64,000 bases of DNA from Camelus ferus (Eukaryota): NCBI RefSeq assembly GCF_009834535.1, contig NC_045696.1, positions 39,558,001 to 39,622,000 of the forward strand, written 5' to 3'. Numbering within the stretch: the first letter of the stretch is position 1; every line of letters starts with the position of its first letter. Under the pieces are notes generated by a model. It did no database searches. It worked only from the letters and a program-made list of their open reading frames with translations, and was not told where the DNA came from. Shown here one piece after another: positions 23,367 through 36,689 of this stretch. The translations under genes and the position numbers were made by a program.

Positions 23367-24649
23367 CCTAATCTCTTCAGCCAGCAAAAAATCCAAATGA
23401 AAGAAGCCTGAGTTGTGGCTATTAAAGTCTATTAAGATATTCGAAAGAATTAAGGTGTCATATAGTAGGTTCTCTTAACTATATAAAAAAAGGTGGGGAG
23501 GGGTATCTAAGAATTTTAAGGCTATTATCCCTTATTATCCCACAACAGACTGACACACCCACAAAATTCTCTCTCTAATGAATTGTTGGTGTGACTTTTC
23601 TTGGACCAAGTAGACTCAAGTCAGATTCAGAGGGAAACCACCAAGTATTAAGAGTTGTACTGTTGAAAGCACCACATACTTGGATTGAAGAAATTAGACT
23701 GCTCAAATTACACAATATGGGTCTTTCCTTATAGAAAAGGAACAATATCTCAGAAGATAACCAACAGTTCAGAAAGTGGAGCTAAGTCTTGGAAAGCAGT
23801 GAAGCAGGGAGATGAAACTAGACCTAATCAATGAGTATTTCATGCCCCCAGAATGGGGAGACCCAGCAACAGATGTCCTACTGGATTTCAGTGTTGTTGT
23901 AGACCCATGGCTGCTTTGTGTTTACACGCTTCCACTTTCTGGTGGTAGTATCTACTGTAATGGACCTATCCCTGCCCAATCGTGTGTTGGGTGTGTTGAG
24001 GGACGATAATTAGTCCTTTTTATTTCATAGGTTGCCAGAACAAGAAAACCTCATTTGAGGAGCCTCATCTGACCTGATTTGGACCACAAGATGCCACACT
24101 AGCCTGATACCATAATTAGATGAGATTTGGGACGTGTTACATGTGGAAGGAAAGGTAATTATTTTGACCAAAGGATAGACTTCTAGATTGCAAAAATGGC
24201 TATAATACATTGTAGCTTCTTCCATCAAGAGATGTCTATTTCTCCTTGAATCTAGACAGGTCTTGTGACATTTCTCACCATTAGTATGCGGCAGAAGTGA
24301 TACTGTACCAATTCCAGGCCTGGACCACCCTTGCTTTCTCTGATCATGTCAACCATGTGAACATATGTGGGCTACCTGCTGCATGATGACAGGTATGTGG
24401 GCCCAGTCACCCTTGTCACTCCAGCCAACAGCCAACCAACACAGAAGCAGAACTGCCTGATTGATTTTTTTTAGCTGCTTAGAGACACTTGAGTCAGCTA
24501 AATGAGCTAGTTGAGAAAAGTACCCAGTTGCTCCCAGCCAGAACTGCTGACCCAAGAATTGTGAAATAAATAAATGGTTATTGTTTTAATAAATGGTTAG
24601 TGTCACAGAAGCACTTATTGATGTCCTGTCCTTCCTCCTCTGGTCTTCA

Positions 24650-25130
24650 GTTCTCCCTCTGTCATAGACCAAGTGTCCATTAATCAGGGGGTCGGTTTTT
24701 GCACATTGTACTCTATTCCAGTGGTCTGTTTATCTGTGTCTGTACCAGTTCAACACTACGTTATTTAACGTAGCTTGAATTAAGTCTCCCCCTGCAACAC
24801 ACCTTTTTCTTCTTCAGGAGAGCCTTGCCTATTCTTGATCTTTTGTTCAACTCCATAAATTTTGGATAAATTTATCAGGAACAATAGGAAAAAATCACAT
24901 TGTTAGGATTTTTTTTAATTGAAATTTTGTTAAATCCATAGACAAACTTGGAAGAATTGACATATTTGTAATATTGATCCTTCTCGTCTACAAACATCTC
25001 TCCATTATTGAACTGTTCTTTGGTCTCTTCTAATAAATTTTTATAAATTCCCACATAAATATTTTGTACATCCTTTTTGAATTTATTCATAAGTACTTTA
25101 TACTTCTATTGTTAATATAAAAAATTTTCC
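24650..25130 (-). mobile_element. Ancient L1 ORF2 fragment
   Basis: ORF 24875-25090(-) KDVQNIYVGIYKNLLEETKEQFN resembles ORF2 KDVxDLYxENYKTLLKEIKEDLN. Confidence 0.7.
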
Positions 25131-25805
25131 CAACTGACTATATCAGTGTGAATGACTCACTAATTGTAATAAGTTGTGGATATTTGAATATTTTCTACTT
25201 AGAGAACAGTCTAATGAAAATAGCTCTCTCTCTACCCCTTATGATTGACTGGATAAATCCACAGCAATAGCTGCAAATACAAGATGAAACAGAGGGGAGA
25301 AACAGCAGTGAAGCCAAAAATACCCGCTTCTTTCATTACAAGTTTGTAAGTCTGAAGCAGACTGAATAGAGGAAAGGAGTAACTACTTGAATAAGAGTTT
25401 GTAATTTTGATATTCCACTTGCAGGGCATGGGGCAAATTATTATTAGAACAGATCAAAATTTTATTTTCCAAGAGCGACTGCAGGGTGCCTGGCACAACA
25501 GGACACTTGCTATCTTAAATGCTCCAATCAGTAAAAACAATTTGGCTTTATGAAAAAAATACATAGCATGTTTCTCTGAGATGGCAGGGAAATGAAGGTA
25601 CCCCTAAAAACCAACATTAAAGTGAAAATGGGAAACCTAGGAGGTAAGCAAGAACCAAAGCCAGCATTTATCTGACAACATCTCCCGACCCTTGGTGACT
25701 TCAAGTTTCTGTTTTTATGATCACCAATTCTGGTGACAGAAGACAAATCTCAGGGACCTCCAAGGTTGGGAGTCTAGTAGGACCACCCCCTGCATAGCTG
25801 GGATC

Positions 25806-26303
25806 CAGTGGGGCAAATAATGGCCCTCTAGAGATGTTTATGCCGTAATCCCCTGAATCTGTGAATATGTTGTTACATGGCAAAAAGCAACTAACGTTGC
25901 AGGTGGAATTAAAGTTGCTAATCAGCTGACCTGAAGATATATAAATGCTCCTGGATTATCTAGTGAGTCCAGTTTTATCACAAGGGCCTTTTAAATGTGG
26001 AAGAGGGAAGCAGAAGATCAAAGTCAGAAACAGATTTGAAGATGCTGTGCTTCTGACTTCGAAGATGGAGGAAAGGACCACAAATCAAGGGATGTACGTG
26101 GTCATTAGGAGCTGGAAAAGGCAAGGAAACAGATTCTCACACACAGATTCAGAAGCCGTGCAGCCCTGCTGATACTTTGATGTTAGCCCAGTGAGATTCG
26201 TTTCAGACTTCTGACCTCCAGAATTGTAAGATCATAAATTTGTTTTTTTTTAATCATGAATTTGGTGGTTAATTGTTACAACAACAATAGAAAAGTAATG
26301 CAG
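25806..26303 (+). mobile_element. Solo MaLR LTR (MLT1D-like)
   Basis: aataatggccc...tgtgaatatgttgttacatggcaaaa...ctgacctccagaattgtaag...caatagaaaagtaatgca. Confidence 0.85.
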
Positions 26304-26462
26304 GTCCCCAAAGGAATAATATATTTTCAGAACATTTTCAATCCAGGATTGTTGGGGAAAATCATGGCTTTGGAGATGACAGACTAATTTCTATAATGAA
26401 TGTTAAAATGAAACACAAACATACTCAACCCATGCAGGAGTTTAACAAACGCAAACCCTTAC

Positions 26463-26543
26463 TTATCGAATTAGATTTAATCAAATGAAAAGCATCATCT
26501 GCCTCTGGGAAGGCACGGCAAGGTTCATCAACAATTACATTTA
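26463..26543 (-). CDS. Candidate internal coding exon (81 nt, phase 1-1): xNVIVDEPCRAFPEADDAFHLIKSNSIx; product unknown
   Basis: Acceptor ctcttccttttccag, donor ATAA|GTAAGG, length a multiple of 3, single open frame, unique sequence. Confidence 0.35.
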
Positions 26544-26723
26544 CTGGAAAAGGAAGAGCTGAGTCACTATAAGCCTGAAGCATGAAAATGACTTCAGTCA
26601 TTCTGCAGACTTCAAATCTCATAAACAGAAATAGACACCCTTGTTTGCAACCAGTTTCTTCTTTGTCTTTCAGATGCTCTGACCTTTTGCCGCAAGCGGA
26701 AGACGTGATTTTTATAAGTGAAG

Positions 26724-26863
26724 TACAGTGGTCCCTTGGTGTCTGAGGGGGATTGGTTCCAGGAGCTCCTGCAGATACCAGAATCTACATGTTCAAGTCC
26801 CTCATATAAACTGGCAGAGTCCCATTAGCTCTCCACACTGGTGGGTGTGGAGAGCCCACTGCA
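26724..26863. mobile_element. TcMar-Tigger MITE (MER2-like)
   Basis: tacagtggtcccttggtgtctgagggggattggttccagga...; termini tacagtgg / ccactgca. Confidence 0.7.
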
Positions 26864-27976
26864 AATGATTCTAATTTCATGGCATTCAGAATATGTATCA
26901 TGAGAGTTATCTGGGGACCATTTTACATGTAGGAAATGCAGCAGACCCCTTAAGGTCCCAGAATGACAGCCCAGTACTCTTTCTGTCTCTTTTTCTAAAG
27001 TGCTTGGCTTCTATCCATGAGAAGTTTTTTCATCTTCTTTTAACTCCATGGTCATTTGCTATTACAGCAGTGACCTCATAGTTTAATATTTTCCTTTCAG
27101 AGTTTATGTCTTGTGTAAAAGATTTTATGGTGGTGTAGTGATTGCAAAAACATTGGAAGCAAAGACAAATTAGTTTAGCTAAGTGGTAACTGGGTTTAAA
27201 GGGATTCCATGTTGGGGAGAAAGCAGCTGAAAATAAGGGTGTAACCAGGAGAATGTAACATTAGCTATATCCAGAGCTATGAAACAGCAAATTGTATTGC
27301 CCTTTAACGCCCTTGCCCTTGACCTCTGCCCCTTGTTAAGTACTCAGAAGCTGAAACTGAGCCCTGGCAGCCTTGTATTTCCCACAGCTATTCTGCAGAA
27401 CCCAAGCTGGATGTGTCTTCTCTTTTCCATCCTCATATTCTATCAAGACTCAACCATTATGATTTTTTCATTCCCCTGCTTCCACTTCTAGCTCTTCTTA
27501 TTAGGAAGGAGCTCACAAGCCAACACACATGTGGTCGTGCATGTAAGTGATTCTGGGAATTTCTTTCCTCCACAGAAGCAGATGATGACTATCCACCCCG
27601 TGAGTGTCCTGTCTGTCACTGCCAAATCTGTCCCTGGAATTTATGTTAAAAAGTAGCAAAGAAGGTAGAACCTAAGAGGTGGGAGGAGAAAGGAAAGAGG
27701 TTAGTTAACCTTCAAAATAAAGAGATGAGAGAATTTTGGAAATTTAGAGCAAATGAAAGGTGCTAGAGTATTGCAGGAATAAGATAACTGGAAAAGGGGA
27801 AAAAGGTAAAAGCATTCTTGCTGGGAGGGTGAAAGAACCAACTTTAATACGTTTTTAAAAGCACCAAAATTAGAATGTAATTCCATTTTTATCAGTAATA
27901 GATATTTGATCTGTGCTTCTATGAATGAGACAGTACACCGAGTGGACTAGAGGTTAAAAGGGTTACACACTAAGTT

Positions 27977-28086
27977 TAGGGTGACCAACTCATCTCAATT
28001 TGCCTAAGATTTCCTCAGTTTTAGCACTGAAATGTTCACATCCTGGGACTTCACGCTTTGTCAAACTGGGATGGCTTGTTACCCCA
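27977..28086. mobile_element. hAT-Blackjack MITE (MER94/MER81-like)
   Basis: Terminal inverted repeats tagggtgacca / tgttacccca; internal ttttagcactgaaa. Confidence 0.7.
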
Positions 28087-28296
28087 AGTCATTAGTAACT
28101 AATAATGGCTTCACATGTTACGTTTCTTGAGAGTAGAGTAAACTCCTGTTTTTCCTGAGAATGATTGCTAAGGATGAAGAGGAAACTATAATAGGTGTTT
28201 GCAGAGAAAAGGAAGAGGGAAAAAGGAGAAGGGGAAAAGGAAGAAGGATGAAACAGAGTGTTTGTGAGTTTATAAGGGGAGAGTCTTGATTTAAAG

Positions 28297-28477
28297 CAGT
28301 CGTTCTTAACCAGAAGTCATTCTATCTTCCAGGGGGTTTTTGGCAACATCTGGAGATAGTTTTGGTTGTCACAGTTGACTTCTACTGGCATCTAGTGAAT
28401 AGAGGGCAGGGATTCTGCTAAACATTCTACAAAGCACAGGATAGCCTCCCACAGCAAAGAATCATCCAGCCCTAAAG
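28297..28477. mobile_element. MER20 (hAT-Charlie)
   Basis: tttggcaacatctggagatagttttggttgtcaca...ctactggcatctagtg...gctaaacattctaca. Confidence 0.85.
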
Positions 28478-29441
28478 GAATGAGTCATTAATCCCAGACT
28501 AAGACACATCCGAAAAGTGTATAGGAGGGGGGTTGGCGATGCCATCACAACATATATAGCGTGACACTGAAAAACTGATTTTCAGGTGTCTAAAATGGTA
28601 GTGCTGGCTTTCCTGACTACAGATCTTATACTTGCCCATCCATGTCGTGAACCTTCTAAGAGATGGACCAAATCTGTATTGGTGCCCCCAAAGACTAGAT
28701 CATCCCAATCCTTGGAAATCATATGTACATAGTAAGTGTTGGTGAGTTAATATTAGAATGAAACACTGTTGGATATGGACAAAATGGAAAAGAAAAATAA
28801 GATTTAAGCATGGAAGATTTATACTACTGCTCTGCTAAAAGTTATTTTTCAAGGAGGAAAAGAAATCATTCTTCTAGACCTGGGATTAGTAAAGATTATA
28901 CATTTGATGCCTAGCTCATATTGGACACTCAGACATTTGTCTAACAAATCAAATGTTGAGTAAGATGTCCCAAATTAAGTTGATGTTAATGTTTAGATTT
29001 TTTCCTTCTGAAGGGTCATACCACTCTTTATGTCAGCATTCAGTTTCTCTGCTTCTGTCTTCAACCCTTAAAAGAAATAGTGAATTGCCCTGATACTCCC
29101 TAACATGCCCCCAAAGGCATGACCATGTTTGTACAGAGCTGCATTCTCCTGTGAGCCGCGTGGATGGAGTTTGCACTGGTTGTCACAGTCCTGCTTTCTC
29201 TGGAAGCTTTGTGGAGGAGGGTGGATGGGGTGTGGGTTTCAGTCTTCTTTGAAAAAGACGTGGGATGATATGTTGGACTTAATTTCGGCTTTTTACTGCT
29301 GGCTAAGCCTGCCACAGGTTTAACCAGAGTTATCAATAGAACAGAATTCTAGAATCACAAAAACTTTAGGCTGGAGGAATGCTCATAATATCATTTTGTC
29401 TAATTTCCTGTCTCTTGGACATAATGTGGCATGATTCTTAT

Positions 29442-29444
<3 letters not shown>

Positions 29445-29476
<32 letters not shown>
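29445..29476. repeat. (ATTG)8 microsatellite
   Basis: Direct reading. Confidence 0.95.
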
Positions 29477-29478
<2 letters not shown>

Positions 29479-29549
29479 GAAGCACTTAGGGTTTAAAAAC
29501 TTTCCCAAAGTCACTTTCCAAAAGTGGCTTTTCTAAAGAATATGAAAGC

Positions 29550-30060
29550 CTCCCAACTTACCACTCTAATTGAAATTAAGACTGATATGTTGTTTATAAT
29601 TTTAACATTTATTGTATTAGAAAACTGAGAAAAATTTTAAATATTTATATATATTTATTATTAACATGCTTAAAACAACAAAAATAAGCCAGTTACCTAT
29701 TATCATTATGTAAACTTTTCAAAAGTAACTATTCTCTCCAAAAACAAACAAACAAAAAAGACAGTGAGAAGAGTGACATTGTTTTACATTTTTGCAAATC
29801 TCTTTAATGTTTACCTTAATAGACAACAGGATTCTCATATCTGCACTTACATTCATTCTTGCTCGATACTGTTTTGATTGAAATAAATGAAGAAACTCCA
29901 GCCATACACAGGTGAGTAATTGAAACAGAAAGAGGTATTTTAATATCCTTTTCAGATAATTGATGATATTATTCTTTGCTACTACGTCAAAACTTGACTC
30001 ATCTTAATGAATAGTTGCAATGTGGAATCTGTAACAATCAATTGAATCCATTATTCATAT
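29550..30060. mobile_element. Charlie1-like hAT DNA transposon fragment
   Basis: gtgagaagagtgacattgttttacatttttgcaaatctctttaatgt...ttgcaatgtggaatctg. Confidence 0.75.
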
Positions 30061-30189
30061 TTTGAGGTCTTTTGTCCCAGTCGTATTTTATAACCTCTCA
30101 TATATGTATATCTATATATATAGTCATATATATGTGTCATATATATATATATATATATATTTCATGCACACACACATATGCATATGCAG

Positions 30190-30570
30190 CATGTACTGTC
30201 CTAAGCTCTTTACAGATATTATCTGATTTAATTCTCACAGCAGCCTTATAAAGGTAGGCAACCATATCTCTATTTCGTAAATGGAGAAACTAAGGTTCAT
30301 AAAAGTAAAGTCTCCTCTCAGAGTTTGCCAAGGTCACATAACAAGTAGGTGTCAGACCCAGAATATGAATCCATTGTGCTCTCCACCCCTACAATACTAC
30401 TTCCCTTACTGTGGACAGAGTAAACATGAAGGTGAGGGGTTGTACCAAGCACACGTCATCAACCCCATTTTGCACCTAAGGAAACTGGGATTTAGACAAG
30501 CTTAGTGAGCTTATCTAAGATCACATGGGTTGTTAGAGGCCCAAACTGGGACCTTTTGACTTCAAGCTTC
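30190..30570 (+). mobile_element. Two MIR fragments preceded by a (TA)n tract (~30100-30160)
   Basis: atttaattctcacagcagcc...gagaaactaagg; cccattttgcacctaaggaaactggg. Confidence 0.65.
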
Positions 30571-32350
30571 TACAATTCAAGAAATCCACAACACAGTTGT
30601 CACATAAAAAGAATACAACTTCTTTGTTCCTCTAATTTAGGAATAAAGTAGCTAGTATAAATGGAAAGGGTTTTCATTTTCTTCAGACAAATATAGACAA
30701 ATTGTTAACTGTTTTGGTTCAAAGTCATTGGATAAAAATTCGTATTTAATAAGCATACATGCATATGTAAACATGCACATAGAAACTGGCACTTTAATCC
30801 TCAAAACATTTATTTAAAGAATTTAATAACAGCAAAAAAAAAAATTACCTCACTCAAGGTTTCTTTGTCAATGGGTCAAATTGACAAAATCTAAAACAGC
30901 TAGAAGAGTTTCATGTACATGCTACAGTCAGATCTTTGCAATTTGCTTTCATTGGTAGAGTCAGCATTTCAGGCACAGTCTCAAAATGAAATCTGGTTCT
31001 ATCCTGAGCTTTTGAACACATAACCTCCCGGGAAGTGCCTTGTATTGGGTTGCTAGAGTCTTTTTTGAGGCTAGTTTGCATTCTCAAACCAGCTAACCTT
31101 CCCCTAATGAGCAAGAGTTAAAGGCCAACTTATGAAGTTACCAAAAATAGATCAGAAAGAGCCATTTCCATCACTTAAACCTTTTAAAAGTATCATATTA
31201 CCAAGATTCCCCAAATTCTCAACATATCATTCAGATCCTCAGTATTCTGGGAAATCAATCATCAATCCTTATATCCCTTCACGCACTCTTGCTTCATTCT
31301 CGTGGGCCGCACAAGGCAGTTCACCACCCTCTCTAATGACCTTGCCACACACACCACCCAGTTCTTGCCCTCTCTTCTCTCACTCCACTCCCAGCCTGCT
31401 TTGTCTACCAGTGAAGAATGCTCACCTCGGGTGCACCGTGACCTCAGAAGTCTGCCCATGAACACCGCCCCCAGCACTCCACCTTTCTCTTCCCTGCATT
31501 GACAGAGAAGGCTCTCTCGCAGCATTCACTACTATTAAATTTGCTTGTGTGTCTGGCACATGAGCTCTATAATAGCAGAGCTCTGTTATTCATCTTTACT
31601 TCCCCTACACTCAGATCAGGGTCTGGCATGAAGTTGGCAAGTCTGTAAGAATATTTGGGGAACGCTGCATTTGCTGGGACGATCCTCTTGTTATCCGATG
31701 TTACGTGCCTTCCAAAGTGAAGCTTCTTAGTCTAATAGAAAGAGTTTCCTGGGATCCATTCTGTAATCTGCTAGATATAGCACTGTAGATAAATTATTTA
31801 ACCTTTCGGCATCTGTATTCTGCAAGAGTTTTGGAAAAGTAATGGATAGTATATTAAGAATATATAAAGTATCTATCACAGTGACACATTGTAGGTTTTC
31901 AATGAAGTGTGGCTGTTATTATAATTTACTTGGTTCCCGTGGCCTCTGGTGGTCATGCCCCTACCAAAGGTTCTGTGTGTACATGCTGCACATCGACCCG
32001 GAGAGGGCAGTTAGACACTCAGCCATCACCTGGTCAACACAACATGTTCTTTAGAAAATTTCCCTGCCCCACCTTCCCACTCAGATCATTTCACTAATCA
32101 ATGTCACTATTTAATATTGCCATAATCCCTTGTGCCCTTGTTTCAGTGATAAACTATGGAGATTATATTTTTCTTTCTTTGTCCAGAGATTTCTTGTTCT
32201 GACATGCTTTCTATTTTACACTGAACTTATTTTGTACACGTATGAAAGAACCAAACATTAAAATATAGGGAATGTTGTCTTTTCAGAATCAGCCCTTAAG
32301 CACTGACTAAATGCTGAATCTTAAGCTTTCTTATCATTGGAAAAAATACA

Positions 32351-32500
32351 GAGGGAGGGTATAGCTCAGTGGTAGAGTGCACACTTAGCATGCACGAGGT
32401 CCTAGGTTCAATCCCCAGTACCTCTATCAAAAATAAATAAATAAACCAAGTTACTTCCCCTCCCCCAAAAACAAACAGGACATAAATAAATAAGTTAAAA
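32351..32500 (+). mobile_element. Camelid tRNA-derived SINE (vic-1-like)
   Basis: gggagggtatagctcagtggtagagtgcacacttagcatgcacgaggtcctaggttcaatccccagtacctc + (aaat)n tail. Confidence 0.92.
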
Positions 32501-34979
32501 CTATTTTTAAAATATATGGTAGCACACATATATATATATGTCTCCCAGTCATAAAAAGTAAATAGATTTCTTTGCTTTTTTTTTTTTTTAGGTTTCTTTG
32601 CTTTGAACTGAGAGATACTTTGGTTAAGAAGCATCAGTTATTAATAAACCATACCTGCTTTCACAATACACAGAATTATCTGGGCCTCCAGTAGTTTAGA
32701 TAATCAGATAACCAATCACAGGCTAAATCTCAAGGGCAAAGGAATGACCATTTATTGCAGCTACCAGAGCAGAGTGTCTGGCAAGAAACAGATAAGAAAA
32801 CTCTTAAGAGTGAAGGTGTCTTGCACCAGGACCCAGCGAGTACCGAGCCCAGCAGGAATTTGGACCTGGGCCTGGCTGACCCCAAAGCCGGGGTCCTCTT
32901 CCCCTGGCCCCTCACTGTCTCTGGAAGGCAGGACGCAGTGTGTTTGTGATTCCTTCTTACGTGTCGCCCTGCTGCCATCCCTCACATCACAAAGTACAAA
33001 ATCGAAAACCCATTCCCCTCCTCACTGCAGTATTGGTAACCTAATCTGTTGCTCTACCAGAACTCTAGAAGGAAGGGAGGGCTTAAAAGAAAGCATCCTC
33101 CCAAATGAATTTCCACCGTCTTGTATACATTTGGAGTGAACTCAAGACTAGAAAGGCAGGCAGTTTCTCGTACATCTACAGAGAGCAGTGACCCTGGAAA
33201 ACCATTTTCTGAAATCAGTTTTTTGGCGCTGATCTGAAAGTGAGTGATTGTGTTTGGTTGCATGTTGGTTTGTGGGTGGTTGGTTTAGGACAGGAGGATC
33301 CACTTCATAGTTAAGGGTAGGGGTGAAGACCACTGCCCTCCTCCCTCCTCAGGCTTGTCAGACCAGTTAGAAGGGATGAACTTGGTTGCTGGTGATAATT
33401 TGCGGGTTGTATGGACGGTAGAAGGGATTTGAGTCCACCCATTATTTCCCAGTCCTCCTGACTTCCCTCTGCCAAACTCTATCTGGCTAACTCTCTTAAT
33501 TTCCCTGTGGGTGGGAGTGGGGAAGGGGGTGGTGTTCCTTTTTTAACAAGATGACTTTCTTTTGATTTAGCCAAGGACTAAACTTGGATCTTAGGGAGAG
33601 AATGACTTTAAACAATTTACATTTGAAATGAGGAAGTGACAAAAATAAATTTTAAAAGAGTAGGAAGAGGCAAAGCCAGCTGTTTCCTATGAAGCCTTGA
33701 CAGCTTCGCAGCTATTCACTGTCCTTTTGCCCCAGTGGAAACTGGCTTCCTCTCCAACCTCCCTCACCTGTCCCGACAGCTGTAACCTCACCACTGTCAT
33801 TTCCCCTCAGAGTAAGATTCTGAGATACATTATATGAGCTCTGGGCCAACTCAGTCAGTTCTTTACTTAGTTATGGGCAAAGCTGTACTTTTCTTACAAT
33901 AGCCGTAATAGATGACACTTTACAAATACTCCTTCGTTTAAACCTCATGGTCCTCCAATAAGAGGACTGATGAGGAAAGTGAGACTTAAGCTGTGTGTCC
34001 AAGTCATTTTTCTGACTCCAAGGCCTGTTCTCTAAACCAGAGGACTCCAAAATGTCTTCCCATCAGCAGAGTGCTCGTTAGAAACATAGATTTCCATGCA
34101 TCCAACTCCAATATCCTGATCTAGTGAATGTGGAGTGAAGCCCAGATCTGTTTAAACAGACATCTCCAATGAAGGCAGGATTTAAATCTTGGCACTGCTG
34201 CTCTACATCTTTATAAACCTTACTTGGCACGGCCCCTGCACAGTTCTCAGTTCTGATAGTCACTCCTTCTTCTGGGTTCTCAGAGCACGCTGTTCTTACA
34301 ACTAGTACAGCAGGAACCATGTTGTGCTAAAATTAGCTGGTTTTATTTCTGTCTCCCTGACTAGTTAGGGCGTTACTTGATGTCCAGGATATGGCTTCTT
34401 TCTGACTTCCTTTTTCTGACTTGCTCCTTCCACTGATCTTTACCGGGTTGGGTTCTCCTTGTTATTGGGGATTCTGCTTCAAATTTCCCTCCTCAGAGAA
34501 CCTTTTCTGATGATGTTAATTAATTCAGAAGCCTACCACTCATTCACTGTCTTTTCACCCTATTTCATCATCTAGCAGAAGCATAGAGCTTCGCACAGGA
34601 GGTACTCAACTAGGACCAGATTATCCAAAGGCAGATTGAGTATATTCTTAGGGCACCAGAAAAACAGAGGTACTTTTTCTTTTTAAAAGAAGTTGATGAA
34701 AAACTATATTTTTAAACTGTAGAAGTCCTGTGGAAAAAATTAGGATCTTGCTGGTCTCTCTCCCACTTACATTATGGCTTAGTATTATTTTTATAGAGAA
34801 TTACCTATTGAAAATGAGCTCTGTAACAACTGGGGGGTTTGAGTCTCTAAGGATTTTAATCTGGCACTAGTATATGTTTAGCATCATTGTTTTCCAAAAC
34901 ACTTTGAAGAAATTGGGCAGGTATTATTATCCAGTCTCATCTTGTAGAGGTTAAAAAAAGAAGCACACACAAAAAAGGA

Positions 34980-35548
34980 AATGGCATCAGATCTCACAGG
35001 TTAAAGGCTTAGTCCTACAAGACTCCACCTCCCTCCCCACTTCAGACTCCAATCACCAAGTCCACGTGGCCACCTGTGCTTCTTATCTGCCGCCTATAGA
35101 TTGGGGGTTCCAATGACTCACTCCTTGGGTTCAGTTAATTTGCTAGGGCAGCTTACAGAATTCAGAGAAACATTTTACTTACTAGATTACCAGTTTATTA
35201 TAAAAGGATATAACTTAGGAACAGCCAAGTGGAAGAGATGCATAGGGCAAGGAATGGGAAAGGGCACAGAGCTTCCATGTCCTCTCTGAGTGCACTACTC
35301 TCCCCAAATACACATGTGTTTACCAACCCAGAAGCTCTTGGAACCCCACACTGTTGGGTTTTTTGGAGGCTTCCTAACATAGGCATGATTGACTAAATCA
35401 TTGGCCAATGGTCACTGAACTCAACCTCCAGCCTCTCTCCCCTCCTGGGAGGTCTGGTTGGTGAATCTGAATGTTCCAACCCACTAATCATAGGGTTGGT
35501 TCCCCTGGCAACCAGCCCCCATCCTTAGGTAAGGTCCGAAAGTCACCT
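34980..35548. mobile_element. LTR fragment (MER21-like)
   Basis: gcatcagatctcacaggttaaaggcttagtcc...aatttgctagggcagcttacagaattcagagaaacatttta...ggcaaccagccccatcct. Confidence 0.75.
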
Positions 35549-36689
35549 CCTTCTAACTGGAAGAGGGCCTGAGATAAGTGGGAACACTGTCTTTTTCCAT
35601 TGTCTCAGACTTTGTCATTAAAGTTTGACTTGACATTCTTCCCTAGACTTGGGGAGGACAGGTCAAATTTTCTTGCTCTGTCAAGTTTTAAAAGAAAGGA
35701 TTCTTATAAATGGATTGTTCTTTACCATTATTCTCAATAAACTTTGGCAAGGATGTGACTCAGAATGAAACTACTCTTTTCATACGTGAATGCAGGCATA
35801 GGTCTTGTAAAATCTTTAAAGAGAAACAATGTGAGAAGAGCAAAGCCTGTCATTGATCTCTGAGGACCTGTCCCTTTCCAGAACCTAAACTGGGCCAGCA
35901 AACTGTTTCAACGCATCCTGATTCAAAATGAGGATGAGATGAAGGGGACAAAAGAGGAACTGGAGAAGTGAGAAGCTTAAGGAGATTGTAAGAGTATTTA
36001 GGAATATATGGTCCAAAAAGGACGTTTAGCAGAAATTAGAGGGATAGTTCTCTCCTCCACAGAAGGGAAGAAAGTTTGTTAAATAACCTTTTGCTGCAGC
36101 CTTTATTAATTTGTTGTTGCTATTGACATTTTCCTGGCTATCTCTTGGTTGAATTTTTGTCAAAATGTAGTGGGTTTAGTGCAATACTTAGAAATTTTGA
36201 TATCATAGAATCTTAGACTTGTAGAAATTTTTGGAATTAGAAAATCAATCCTTTACCTATGCAGAGATTAATTCTGAAAAATAGCTATATGGTTAACACA
36301 GGCAAATTATTCCATCACTGGATATCTTGTGGTATTCATTTGAATGTCTGTATAAGTACACAGCCCTTTAATGATATGATTTGATCCAAAAGATAAAACT
36401 GGAGATAAATAGAGAAAAATAAATGAACCAAGAAATATGTCTAAAAGAGTCTCCCACCTGAAAATCAGGTTAGTAACCTTCATTTAAAATTAGTTCTTAA
36501 AGCCAACATTTTGATAAGACTGTAGAGACTCCATGGTTACTTTCTGATGAGAGCCTGGATGGTCAGGGTTCATGCTGCTAGCTGTACATACAGGATGCTT
36601 TGGGGCTGTAAAAAGGAAAAATGTGACTAACTTTAACATTAAGTGTATTTTAATATATTACATATTGATTAATAAATGACATGCTTTAC

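Larger units (their letters stand above)
21528..24620 (+). mobile_element. MaLR provirus remnant: MLT1 (F/G/H-like) 5'LTR ~21528-22023, internal region, 3'LTR ~24183-24620
   Basis: Two homologous LTRs (gattgtaaaagtgacc / gattgcaaaaatggct starts; aataaatg.ttattgttt ends); MLT1-int start aaaattagtacctagaagtgg directly after the first LTR. Confidence 0.75.

Noticed and set aside
27705..30895. Additional minus-strand exon-like segments (~27710-27787, 30849-30890)
   Set aside because: Weak GTTAAC donor with a phase incompatible with the 26.5-kb exon, or stops in all frames; likely pseudo-exons.
32351..32425. tRNA-like sequences (A/B boxes) here and at 15.7, 19.1, 38.1, 38.9 and 39.3 kb
   Set aside because: They have A-rich tails, TSDs and divergent copies, so they are SINEs, not tRNA genes.
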